From SAR202 cluster bacterium (lineage in GTDB: Bacteria > Chloroflexota > Dehalococcoidia > Lucifugimonadales > GCA-2719675): a DNA stretch of 64,000 nt. The translations under genes and the position numbers were made by a program. Shown in pieces: positions 19,921-29,747 of the stretch. A model generated the notes under the pieces. The model was not told the DNA's origin. It saw only the letters and a program-made list of their open reading frames with translations, and did no database searches. The stretch's first letter is position 1. Every line of letters begins with the position of its first letter. The stretch is from positions 27,721 through 91,720 of the forward strand of contig VFGW01000006.1 of assembly GCA_009392295.1 (NCBI GenBank), read 5' to 3'.

Positions 19921-20265
19921 TTAATCAACTAAAGTTCGTTCTACTTTACCTGTAGGGAAAATAGCTAATATACTTGCTTTAGCTCCAGATATATTTCTAA
20001 AACCATGTTTAATACCTGCAGGTGCATAAACAGTCTGTCCGGCTGAAACACTGACTATCTCATCTCCAATAACAGCTTCTAATTGACCTTCAGTAATAAA
20101 CATAGCTTCCTCGGTTGGATGTAAATGTGTTGGCACTGTTGAATCAGTCTCAACATTTACCTCTGCAACTGATAATGAGTCAGATCCTGTTTCAGATGAC
20201 ACAATTCCATGCCTTTTTACTCCGGGACTTAATATTTCTGCATCACTTTTGTTTAAAATTGTCAT
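19921..20265 (-). CDS. Cupin domain protein
   Basis: HLHPTEE and PAGIKH. Confidence 0.87.
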   Translation of the reverse strand: MTILNKSDAEILSPGVKRHGIVSSETGSDSLSVAEVNVETDSTVPTHLHPTEEAMFITEGQLEAVIGDEIVSVSAGQTVYAPAGIKHGFRNISGAKASILAIFPTGKVERTLVD

Positions 20266-20377
20266 TTTCTTTCTCCTAATAAATCATTTTCAATGATTGA
20301 TATAACATAAGGCGTCACTGTAGAATACTACATGAAAGCAGTTGTATTGCAATATTAAATTTAATGAATAGCAATAA

Positions 20378-22486
20378 TTGATTCCTATAATGACAATAAT
20401 TAAAAAACAAATCATACACCCACGAATTTTAATCTTCATAATCTTCATAAGTTTATTTTTTTTAACAGGTTGCTTTGGTCCACCTTCATCTATTAAATAT
20501 GAACAAAATGGAAGAAATCATCTAAAAAACAACGATTATTCAAAAGCCATCGAAGAATTTACTAAAGCTATTGAAAAAAATCCAAATAATTCATTCGCTT
20601 ACAACAATAGAGGGATTGCATATGCATCTATTGAAAAATATGAACTTGCAATTAATGATTTTTCAAAAGCAATAGAATTAAAACCTGAATTGTTAGAACC
20701 ATACAACAACAGAGGATTTGTATTAGAGCTACAAGGTAAAACCCGAGAAGCAATCCAAGATTTTGGTCAATCTACCAGAATCAATGAAAATAATGAAATT
20801 GCAAAAAACAACCTAGCTGAAGCTAGAAGAAAAATCGGAGATTTACAACAAATTATTGATGATTTATCAGATAAAATCGATAAAACAAATCCTATATTAC
20901 CATCAACTCCAGAAAATGAAAAACAAATACTTTCAAATTTATATCTTGAAAGAGCACTTGCAAAATATGATCTTTTTACAGAGCCTAAAGGACAAAAACC
21001 TTCAAGAATTTGTAAAACTTCTCAATATTGCAATCTGGTAATTAATGACTTAGCTAATTCCATTAAAATAGATCCAAATAATCCTAAGAGCCACAGAATA
21101 TTAGGTCTAACATATCGAGCATTAGAAAATTTCGATAAGGCTTTACTCTCATTTGATACTGCAGTGAATTTAGATATGTCTAGCGAAATATCTTTGTCTG
21201 AGCGCGGCTGGACCTATATGGAAATGATGCAACCATATCAAGCACTCGAAGATATCGAAAAATCTATCATATTAAATCCCGAAAACAACCGATTATATCG
21301 ATTAAGGTCATGGGTATTAATATCATTGGGGGAATGGGAACAAGCAAACAATGATATACAATTATTACTCGATTCAAATCCTCAAGACCCACAACTTCAT
21401 TACTTTTCGGGGTTAATTAAGATTAACTCAGGAGCAATTGAAGAAGGGATTAAAAATATATCTCTAGCTCAAAACCTACTAGGTGAAATAAATGAACCTT
21501 CGTATTCATTAGCAATCTCTCAAGCAAGATTAAAACAAAAAGACTATCCTAAAGCATTGGAAAACATCAACATAGCACTCCAATCAAACGATAAATACAC
21601 ATACGCATATTTACTTAAGGCAAGAATTAATATGCTTCTGCAAAATTTTGATGAAGCAAAATACTCTTATGAAGCTGCATTAAGATTATCAATAGATCCT
21701 GAGAAATCAAACTCAAATCTAAGCCCAATTCCTGACATTCCCAATCTTTTTAAATCTATAGGACAAATAGGAGTTTCTGCCACAGTAAAAAAACCATGTC
21801 CATTAGACTCTCCTTGCTTAAATTCACTATCAACATTCAGTAAAACATTAGACAATAACCCAAATGACATACCTACTTTAATGAAAAGGGCAGAACTATT
21901 AGTTTCTATTGGTGAATTAAAAAACGCAATCAATGATTACACAAAAATATTACAATTAACTCCTTCAAACATAGAAGCTATATTACTAATGTCTTCCACT
22001 CTAAAATCCTACTTGCGGTATGAATCCCAAGGAACTGTTTTTACAAAATGTAAGCCCGGATGGTTTTCTCAATGTAACCAAGCAATTAAGTCTCTAGATT
22101 TTGTAATAAACACAAATCCAAATAAAGCTCAAGCTTATTTTTCTAGGGCTGAATTAAATAGACTAGTTAACAGACCAGATCTAGCAATTCAAGACCTTAA
22201 CAAAGCAATAAATTTGGAACCATATTTTACCGAAGCATTCATAAAAAGAGGATTAAGTTACATTGAAATCGGGAATATACAATTTGCTATAGATGATTTC
22301 AACCAGGCAATTTCACTTGACTCTAATAATAAAGAAGCAATTTCAAACAGAGGAATAGCTAATTTATTAATTGGCAATATATCAAGCTCAGAAAAAGATT
22401 TCAAAGAATCTATTAATTTAGGAATTCAAAATGAAATTATTTCGACAGCAAAAAATAAGCTCTCAAATTTCTCTGAAATACAATAA
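20378..22486 (+). CDS. TPR-repeat lipoprotein
   Basis: Lipobox LTGC; many AYxNRG...AIxDFxKAI repeats; exact start uncertain. Confidence 0.88.
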   Translation: MIPIMTIIKKQIIHPRILIFIIFISLFFLTGCFGPPSSIKYEQNGRNHLKNNDYSKAIEEFTKAIEKNPNNSFAYNNRGIAYASIEKYELAINDFSKAIELKPELLEPYNNRGFVLELQGKTREAIQDFGQSTRINENNEIAKNNLAEARRKIGDLQQIIDDLSDKIDKTNPILPSTPENEKQILSNLYLERALAKYDLFTEPKGQKPSRICKTSQYCNLVINDLANSIKIDPNNPKSHRILGLTYRALENFDKALLSFDTAVNLDMSSEISLSERGWTYMEMMQPYQALEDIEKSIILNPENNRLYRLRSWVLISLGEWEQANNDIQLLLDSNPQDPQLHYFSGLIKINSGAIEEGIKNISLAQNLLGEINEPSYSLAISQARLKQKDYPKALENINIALQSNDKYTYAYLLKARINMLLQNFDEAKYSYEAALRLSIDPEKSNSNLSPIPDIPNLFKSIGQIGVSATVKKPCPLDSPCLNSLSTFSKTLDNNPNDIPTLMKRAELLVSIGELKNAINDYTKILQLTPSNIEAILLMSSTLKSYLRYESQGTVFTKCKPGWFSQCNQAIKSLDFVINTNPNKAQAYFSRAELNRLVNRPDLAIQDLNKAINLEPYFTEAFIKRGLSYIEIGNIQFAIDDFNQAISLDSNNKEAISNRGIANLLIGNISSSEKDFKESINLGIQNEIISTAKNKLSNFSEIQ

Positions 22487-22516
22487 TTACTATCTCGAAT
22501 CAACAGGAAACACATT

Positions 22517-23620
22517 ATGAAAATTTTAAATTCAGGAATAATTTCTAAAAACAAAAACATCGGCGCCTATAAGCCAATGATCATTCCATTGGAAAATAAT
22601 ACATGGCTCGCTTGTCAAAATTCTAGCAAAACTATTAGTTCTCCAGATAGTTTTATAGAAACATTAATATCATATGACGCAGGGATTAATTGGCAAAATA
22701 ACGGTAGCATACATAAAAACCATTCAGAAAAATTAGATTGGGCATATAGAGGTCCCCAAATCTCAAAAATGTCAAACAACAAATTGTTTATGCGAGCAAC
22801 AAGATTTGAAACCAGTAAAATCAATGAAACTTTCGATTCCAATACTAAATCTACCCAAACAGGAGAACTTATTTCGTATTGGTCTTCAGACCTTGGTAAA
22901 ACATGGACAGAACCTTCAATCGTAGATATTAAAGAACTTCCTACAGATAAATTCACATATAATACAGCAGGAAAAGTTTTGCATATTAATAACAATTTAC
23001 TAATTTACCCCATAGAAACTGGAAAACCTGTAGGTTCAAAAGGTGATTTAGATCAAAAAGCTGGCATAATATTCTCTTACGATAATGGAAAATCTTGGCA
23101 AGACTTTACGGTAGTTGCTGACGACCCTACAGGAGAATTTCTATACTGGGACCAAACTGGAACAATTCTTAACAATGGTGATATTTATATAATGTTCTGG
23201 GTGCATAACTTAAATAAATTTGAAGACCTAACAAACCATTATGTATTATCAAAAGACATGGGGAAAACTTGGTCTAAACCAAAACCCACAAATTTACAAG
23301 GTCAAGCATGTGCCCCTATAGCATTAAATAACGGAAATATTGCAACTTTATATACTAAGCGCCACGGAAAACAAGGCATTTATTTAGCTATAACTGATGA
23401 CTTAAGTCATTATGACATTAAAAATGAATTGCAAATATTCGATGCAGGTCATGAAGGAATATTAGGTACCCCTATTGAAAGAGATGTATTCTCAATCAAT
23501 CTTGCACAAGGATTTGGAAAACCAGGAGGTAGCCTACTTGAAAATGGACAAATCCTATTACATTATTGGGGAACAAAAAATTCCATTAGCCAAACGATGT
23601 GGGCCACAGTAAATCCTTAA
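22517..23620 (+). CDS. Sialidase-like BNR/Asp-box beta-propeller protein
   Basis: Four Asp boxes: SYDAGINW, SSDLGKTW, SYDNGKSW and SKDMGKTW. Confidence 0.8.
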   Translation: MKILNSGIISKNKNIGAYKPMIIPLENNTWLACQNSSKTISSPDSFIETLISYDAGINWQNNGSIHKNHSEKLDWAYRGPQISKMSNNKLFMRATRFETSKINETFDSNTKSTQTGELISYWSSDLGKTWTEPSIVDIKELPTDKFTYNTAGKVLHINNNLLIYPIETGKPVGSKGDLDQKAGIIFSYDNGKSWQDFTVVADDPTGEFLYWDQTGTILNNGDIYIMFWVHNLNKFEDLTNHYVLSKDMGKTWSKPKPTNLQGQACAPIALNNGNIATLYTKRHGKQGIYLAITDDLSHYDIKNELQIFDAGHEGILGTPIERDVFSINLAQGFGKPGGSLLENGQILLHYWGTKNSISQTMWATVNP

Positions 23621-24804
23621 ATATGTGGGCTAGATATAGAAGCTGTTTGATGCCAATCTGATTTTGTTCTTCCGTTCCTATCCCAAAAAACCATTCCATC
23701 TTTAATTGTAATTTCTGGCTCTAATCTAAGATTTCCATTTCTCACACGACTACCGCTTTTACCATTATCAGTAAAACCAAAATTACCTTCACTAAGTTTG
23801 AAAACTGCAACATCAGCAATACTAGAAATTGTCAATGATCCAAGTGCGGGTAAGCCAATATGTTTTGCTGGATCAATAGTAGACATTTTAAAAACATCTT
23901 GAATTGGAATACCACAAAGCAACAATTTACTCATAGTTTCAGGCATTGTTGCCTGATTATTTAAATAGCTTAAAGAGTGTAAGTCTGTACTTATTGTATC
24001 TGGAAAAAATCCTTGATCAATAGATGATTGTGCTACTCGCCATGAAAAACTCCCAGCCCCATGACCAACATCAAATTTTATACCTCGATCACGAGCAGCA
24101 AAAAAGTATGGATATACATCATCTGCAAAATCAATCATATTTTTCCCTGAACCATAACAATGTGTAACAACATCACCAGGATCCATATGCTCTAATAGCA
24201 TTTGCTCCATCGGACGTGATTCAACTGGATTTTGGTCGACCATAACAAATGTTTTTGAATTCCTAGCAACCTCAACGGCTCTATCTAAAGGCTCCCAACC
24301 AGGGCCTAAATAATGGGCAACTTTTACACCAATTAACAAATCAGGTCGTTGTAGAATTTTTTGTAAAGAAAACTCGACCGACATACCCTCTAAATCTTGC
24401 TCAGGTTCACCAGTCATTCCAAGCGCAGCAATGTTTAAAAGAGCAAAAATACGAACTTTGCTTTTTGAAATAACTTTCTCATTAAATTCATCAAAAGTAA
24501 GATACCCAGAACCGCCTGCATCTACTGCGGTAGTTACACCTGAAGCTAAACATAATTCATCAGGTTTAATTGACCACTCATATCCCCAAAAATGAGCATG
24601 TAAATCAATAAGCCCAGGAGAAACAATTAACCCCGTCACATCAACCGTTCTTAATGATCTTGAAGAAGCAATATCTTTTTCAACTGCACCAATTACCATT
24701 CCTGAAATTCCGACATCTAAATTATCGTCAATTCCATTAGCTGGGTCTAAAACTCTACCACCTTTAAGTAACAAATCAAAATTTGGAATAAAATTATCTG
24801 ACAT
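23617..24804 (-). CDS. Dihydroorotase-like amidohydrolase/deacetylase
   Basis: PGLIDLHAH, GVTTAVDAG, FDVGHGAGSF and ISTDLH. Confidence 0.87.
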   Translation of the reverse strand: MSDNFIPNFDLLLKGGRVLDPANGIDDNLDVGISGMVIGAVEKDIASSRSLRTVDVTGLIVSPGLIDLHAHFWGYEWSIKPDELCLASGVTTAVDAGGSGYLTFDEFNEKVISKSKVRIFALLNIAALGMTGEPEQDLEGMSVEFSLQKILQRPDLLIGVKVAHYLGPGWEPLDRAVEVARNSKTFVMVDQNPVESRPMEQMLLEHMDPGDVVTHCYGSGKNMIDFADDVYPYFFAARDRGIKFDVGHGAGSFSWRVAQSSIDQGFFPDTISTDLHSLSYLNNQATMPETMSKLLLCGIPIQDVFKMSTIDPAKHIGLPALGSLTISSIADVAVFKLSEGNFGFTDNGKSGSRVRNGNLRLEPEITIKDGMVFWDRNGRTKSDWHQTASISSPHI

Positions 24805-24837
24805 TATAATTTATCCTTAATTTACTGAAAAAATTAA

Positions 24838-25887
24838 CTAAAACTCAATAATTGAACGTCCAAAAATTTTGTGATTTCTAAGATCTTCACATGCTTGAAA
24901 AAAATCTTCAAATTTATATTTTTTTGTTACAAGTTGATCTAATGGGAATTTGCCTTCTTTATACAATTGTAAAAACATACCAAAGTCTTTATCGGGATAT
25001 GTCGCACCTAAACTTCCTCTATAAATACGTTGATGGTACATAAAATGCCCAGGGTCAATTGTCATTTCATCTCCTGGCATACCAATTAATATTGCCATGC
25101 CTCCATGGTTATCAGCTCCAGGCCCTCCACCAACAGTAGCAGATAAAATTTGTTCAGTTGTAGTTTTAATACCAATAGCATCAAAAGCAAAATCTACACC
25201 GCCATTTGTTAGCTCAATAATTTTTTTTACAGGATCAAGTTCATTCGCATTAATTACATCTGTAGCTCCAAATTTTTTGGAGAAATCCAATTTTTTTTGA
25301 TCTATGTCTACAGCAATCACTCTACTTGCGTCTAATATAGACGCCATTTTAATTGCAGATAAACCAACTCCTCCTGCACCAAAAACTGCAACAGTATGTC
25401 CTGATTTCACCCTAGCAGTATTCATAACAGCTCCAGCTCCAGTTAATACAGCACAACCAACAATACAGCCCAAGTCTTTAGGGGAATCATCAGGTATTTT
25501 AACTACATAATCATCTAATACTAAAACATCTTCAGCCCAAGTAAAAACTTGTCCATGAACTAATTCTTTTTTATATTTTGCTCCACAAGGAACAACTTTT
25601 ATACGTCCTTTTATTGGATTCCTAGGTACCCAAGTAACAATCACCAAATCACCTTCTTTAACATGCGTAACCTTGGAACCTAAATAGGTAACCACTCCTA
25701 ATCCTTCATGCCCAAAGACTTGAGGTCTATCTCCAGGTTTATCAATTTGATGTAATTGAGAATGACAAACTCCTGATGAAAATAATTTTACTATCACTTG
25801 GTTAGAAGTGGGATTTGGGAGACTTAATTCGTCAATAAAAGGTTGCTGATTGAATTCTGTTTGAATAACAGCTCTAGTTAACATCAA
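24838..25887 (-). CDS. Zn-dependent alcohol dehydrogenase (MDR family)
   Basis: GVCHSQ, GHEG, GCAVLTG and GAGGVG. Confidence 0.88.
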   Translation of the reverse strand: MMLTRAVIQTEFNQQPFIDELSLPNPTSNQVIVKLFSSGVCHSQLHQIDKPGDRPQVFGHEGLGVVTYLGSKVTHVKEGDLVIVTWVPRNPIKGRIKVVPCGAKYKKELVHGQVFTWAEDVLVLDDYVVKIPDDSPKDLGCIVGCAVLTGAGAVMNTARVKSGHTVAVFGAGGVGLSAIKMASILDASRVIAVDIDQKKLDFSKKFGATDVINANELDPVKKIIELTNGGVDFAFDAIGIKTTTEQILSATVGGGPGADNHGGMAILIGMPGDEMTIDPGHFMYHQRIYRGSLGATYPDKDFGMFLQLYKEGKFPLDQLVTKKYKFEDFFQACEDLRNHKIFGRSIIEF

Positions 25888-26015
25888 TTTTACCTGTAAA
25901 ATTTGTAATTTCTAACAATTCTTAAACATCATACCCATGAGTTTTAATTTAGTCAAAAAAGATTAAATTGATAAATTAAGCAATTATTAATCAGTTAACC
26001 AAAACGCACTCATTA

Positions 26016-26906
26016 TCAAATATTTTTATAAGCCCCCATAGCAATAGCTAATGCCCCAAGTACACCAGCTTTATCTCCTAATTTGGGAGGAACGATATAA
26101 TTTTCTATATCATATTTAATTAAGTCAAATTCAACATATAAATTTAATAACTTGGTAATATCATTACGAATCAATCCAATTAGTTCTTGATTTTTCATCA
26201 CACCACCACCTAAAATTATTTTTTCTGGTGCAGTAGTAAAAATCAAATTATTTATAGCCAAACTTAAATATTTTGCAATCAAACCCCAAACATGATGATT
26301 TTCTGGAACAATCTGTCCTTCTGGAAAACCACATCTTGTATTGATAGCAGGTCCTGAAGCCAAACCTTCTAAACAATTCCCATGATAAATACATATTCCA
26401 GAAAATGGATCAACTTTTAAATCATGAGGAATACGAATATGTCCAAATTCAGTATGAGAAAATCCTTTAACAACTTTTTGATTGCTAATTATTCCAGCAC
26501 CTATTCCAGTACCAACTGTTATATAAGCTAAATTTCTTAAACCAATAGCAGATCCCCACAAATATTCAGCTATAGCTGCTGAATTAACATCTGTATCTAT
26601 ATAAGCAGGAATTCCAAGACTCTCATTGATTTCGCGTCTTAAATCAATTCCTTGCCACAAAGTTTTAGGTGTTGTAGTTAAGACACCATACCTTGAAGAA
26701 TTTTCCTTTAAATCTAAAGGACCAAATGACGCAATTCCAACAGATTCCAGATTATTAAATTGTCTAAAAAAATCTATTAATTCTGAAATTGTAGATTTAG
26801 GATCTCGGGTTAAAAAAATTTTTTCCGCAATAATAGTCTTTTGATCCTTTGCTATTAAACATACAAATTTATGCCCTCCACTCTCAATAGCTCCAAAAAT
26901 CCCCAA
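26016..26906 (-). CDS. ROK family sugar kinase (fructokinase-like)
   Basis: IESGGHKF, SFGP, TDVN, YITVGTGIG, EFGH and CxxHxxCLEG. Confidence 0.88.
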   Translation of the reverse strand: MGIFGAIESGGHKFVCLIAKDQKTIIAEKIFLTRDPKSTISELIDFFRQFNNLESVGIASFGPLDLKENSSRYGVLTTTPKTLWQGIDLRREINESLGIPAYIDTDVNSAAIAEYLWGSAIGLRNLAYITVGTGIGAGIISNQKVVKGFSHTEFGHIRIPHDLKVDPFSGICIYHGNCLEGLASGPAINTRCGFPEGQIVPENHHVWGLIAKYLSLAINNLIFTTAPEKIILGGGVMKNQELIGLIRNDITKLLNLYVEFDLIKYDIENYIVPPKLGDKAGVLGALAIAMGAYKNI

Positions 26907-27010
26907 AACTGACTCCCATATAAATTACTAAAAATAAGTACTTGTCTATATTGACAATAATTAGTCCATAAAGCAACAATAATTTCAAAATATAAAAATA
27001 TGAGGTAATA

Positions 27011-27841
27011 ATGACACTGACTGATATAGAAATAGGTGTTTTGGGTGGCGGATCAATGGGACAAGAAATCATTTCATTTCTAACAAATAGGAAAATTAAA
27101 AATGCAAATTTAGTCTCAATATTTGATAAAGATCAAAATAGACTCGATAATTTATCAAAAATACTTCCGGCAAATATTTTTATCACGAATTCGATAGACA
27201 AATTTTTATCTGTTGGAAAAATTAGACTTGTTGTAGAATCAGCTTCCGCTGAAGCTGTTAAACAATATGGGTCGTTAATTTTAAATTCTAATAAAAATCT
27301 TGTAGTAATGAGTTCTGGCGTGTTCAATGATATTAATTTTCTAAACTCCCTTGAAAATATTGCTGAAAAAAAATCGTTACAACTCTTAATTCCATCAGGT
27401 GCTGTTGGAGGAATTGATTCTATTAAAGCAATTAAAGATCAAATAAAAAAAATTTCAATTACAACAACAAAATCTCCTAAATCACTAATGGGCGCACTAG
27501 GATTTAAAGAATATGAAAATGTAGTTTTTAAAAAAGAACAAATAATTTTCAAAGGAAATTCACAACAGGCAATAAAATTATTTCCTGCAAACGTAAACGT
27601 ATCTACTACTCTTAGTTTAGTAGGTATAGGCCCACAAAAAACTGATGTAACAATAATTTGCGACCCAAATATAAATGAAAATAAACATGAAATTTGTGTT
27701 GAAGGGGCCTTTGGCCAATTAAACTTTTCAATGAATTTACACCCAAGTAAAAAAAATCCTAAAACTAGTTCTTTAGCAATTTTTTCTGTAATTGAAAAAA
27801 TTCGAACCTTTTGTAATCCTCACATCTCAATAGGAACATAA
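27011..27841 (+). CDS. nadX: L-aspartate dehydrogenase
   Basis: VVESAS, PSGAVGGID, FPANVNV and NPKTS. Confidence 0.82.
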   Translation: MTLTDIEIGVLGGGSMGQEIISFLTNRKIKNANLVSIFDKDQNRLDNLSKILPANIFITNSIDKFLSVGKIRLVVESASAEAVKQYGSLILNSNKNLVVMSSGVFNDINFLNSLENIAEKKSLQLLIPSGAVGGIDSIKAIKDQIKKISITTTKSPKSLMGALGFKEYENVVFKKEQIIFKGNSQQAIKLFPANVNVSTTLSLVGIGPQKTDVTIICDPNINENKHEICVEGAFGQLNFSMNLHPSKKNPKTSSLAIFSVIEKIRTFCNPHISIGT

Positions 27842-29056
27842 ATGTTAAACAAAAATAATCCCCAATTTTTGTTCGAAGATATTTATTCAAATTTTTCACC
27901 AAAGCATATGCTTGAAGAAAATTCAAAAAGTTCAAAAGATTTTAAATACGATTTCAGAAATTCTTATCCTGCACCTGACTTACTGCCAGTATCAAATGTA
28001 TTAAAATCATTGGAAAAAGAATTAAAAATTGTAGGTGTGTCAAAAAATTTATACCCAGACCCCCAAGGTTATTTACCATTTAGGGAACTAATATCAGCAA
28101 CTTTAAAAACAAAAAGGAAAATGAATATTTCTCCTGACAACATCTTATTAACAGATGGTTCCGGCCAAGGAATTCATTTAGTTGTAGAAGCGTTGGTCAA
28201 CCCTGGAGATGCAGTAATTGTTGACGACTTTGTATACGGAGGAACATTATGGTCCCTTAGAAGATTCCACTCAAATATTTATGGAGTTCCCTCGGACCAA
28301 TACGGAATGCTTCCTGAAAAATTAACAGAAACAATTGAAAATATTATTTCTAAAAAACAAATCTGCAAACTGATGTATCTAATCCCTACTTTTCAAAACC
28401 CTAAAGGGACGACTATGGATATTCAAAGAAGACAAGAAATTTTATCAATAGCACAAAAGTATGAAATTCCAATTATTGAAGATGACGGAGTAGCAAATAT
28501 GAGGTTTGAAGGGGAACATTTACCTTCAATTCAATCATTTGATGATTCTGGAATTTCTATGTTTGTAGGTTCATATAGTAAAATGGTTATCCCTGGTTTT
28601 AGATTAGGATATATCGTAGCTCCTGATAATATTCTAAAAATGATTAAAATCATTAAAGGATCTCGCGGAATAAATAAATTATCTGCATTTGGGGTTTACA
28701 GATTCGCTATAGATTTCTTAAAAGATCACCTGGAAACACTAAATCTACAACTAAAAAGCCGCAGAAATACTATTTTAGATACACTAAAAAGTAATTTTGA
28801 AGATAACACATTAGCAAAGTGGTCAACTCCGGCAGGTGGCCTGTATATTTGGCTACAAGTCAATCCCGAAATAAATCTAAAAGAAATTCGTGATAAATTA
28901 AATGAATTTGAAGTTTCATATGATTTAGGAACAGATTTCTCAGCAGATGGTAGTGAAAAAAATTCTTATGCACGATTATGTTTTAGTGGCAATAGCAATC
29001 AAGAAATTAAAACTGGAATTTCTATTTTATCTAATGCCATAAAAACAAATAAGTAA
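27842..29056 (+). CDS. PLP-dependent aminotransferase class I/II (LysN/MocR-like, no HTH)
   Basis: PTFQNPKG, IIEDD and GSYSK..PGFRLG. Confidence 0.87.
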   Translation: MLNKNNPQFLFEDIYSNFSPKHMLEENSKSSKDFKYDFRNSYPAPDLLPVSNVLKSLEKELKIVGVSKNLYPDPQGYLPFRELISATLKTKRKMNISPDNILLTDGSGQGIHLVVEALVNPGDAVIVDDFVYGGTLWSLRRFHSNIYGVPSDQYGMLPEKLTETIENIISKKQICKLMYLIPTFQNPKGTTMDIQRRQEILSIAQKYEIPIIEDDGVANMRFEGEHLPSIQSFDDSGISMFVGSYSKMVIPGFRLGYIVAPDNILKMIKIIKGSRGINKLSAFGVYRFAIDFLKDHLETLNLQLKSRRNTILDTLKSNFEDNTLAKWSTPAGGLYIWLQVNPEINLKEIRDKLNEFEVSYDLGTDFSADGSEKNSYARLCFSGNSNQEIKTGISILSNAIKTNK

Positions 29057-29178
29057 TACATGTACTTCATTAGCTAGTGGTATCAAAGAATATGTGTTAA
29101 TATACCTTAATTATAATCATATTTTATACAACCTAAATAAAAATCTCACTTCAACTAATATAAATTCAGGAGTCTTAG

Positions 29179-29466
29179 ATGAAAAAAATATTTACAGCCA
29201 GCATCAGAACTATTTATTATTGGGCAGTATTTATTGGAACTTTTGCTACAGGAATGTGGTACAACTATACTTTTGGTGATCCGCTTGACGGAATTCGATG
29301 GGCTGGGGTTGATATCTTTGTTTCTGGAGTAGTTGGATTTGGATTTAGTATAGCTGGTGTTGTTATTGCTGTAATATTGGACTTCATTTACGTGAAAATT
29401 TCAAATATCATTTCGCCACCAGAAGAACAAGAAAAAAGACGGTTACCTGATCTAACTAAAAAATAA
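29179..29466 (+). CDS. Hypothetical membrane protein (2 TM)
   Basis: AGGAG SD; two hydrophobic segments and a charged tail. Confidence 0.7.
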   Translation: MKKIFTASIRTIYYWAVFIGTFATGMWYNYTFGDPLDGIRWAGVDIFVSGVVGFGFSIAGVVIAVILDFIYVKISNIISPPEEQEKRRLPDLTKK

Positions 29467-29515
29467 ATCAAGCTACCTAAAACTTTAAGGTATCTGAAGC
29501 TAGCAATTTGATTTT

Positions 29516-29638
29516 CTATCTCAAAAAGTTCATACAAGTTGCAAATACAATTAATGTCATTAATCCAACAAGCAATACTGCAGGAATCATCCATAAAAAA
29601 ACACCAATTCCTATAATATATTTTAATAGCTTATTCAA
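29516..29638 (-). CDS. Small hydrophobic protein, 40 aa (absent from the ORF track)
   Basis: AAGGA SD, TTG start, MNKLLKYIIGIGVFLWMIPAVLLVGLMTLIVFATCMNFLR*. Confidence 0.6.
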   Translation of the reverse strand: MNKLLKYIIGIGVFLWMIPAVLLVGLMTLIVFATCMNFLR

Positions 29639-29747
29639 ATTATTTTCCTTTTTAACATAGTAATTATTGCCTAACATATTTGATTAGATTATCATGAATA
29701 TGAAAAATTTTCCTATTCAACAATTTACATGTTTACAATAATACAAA

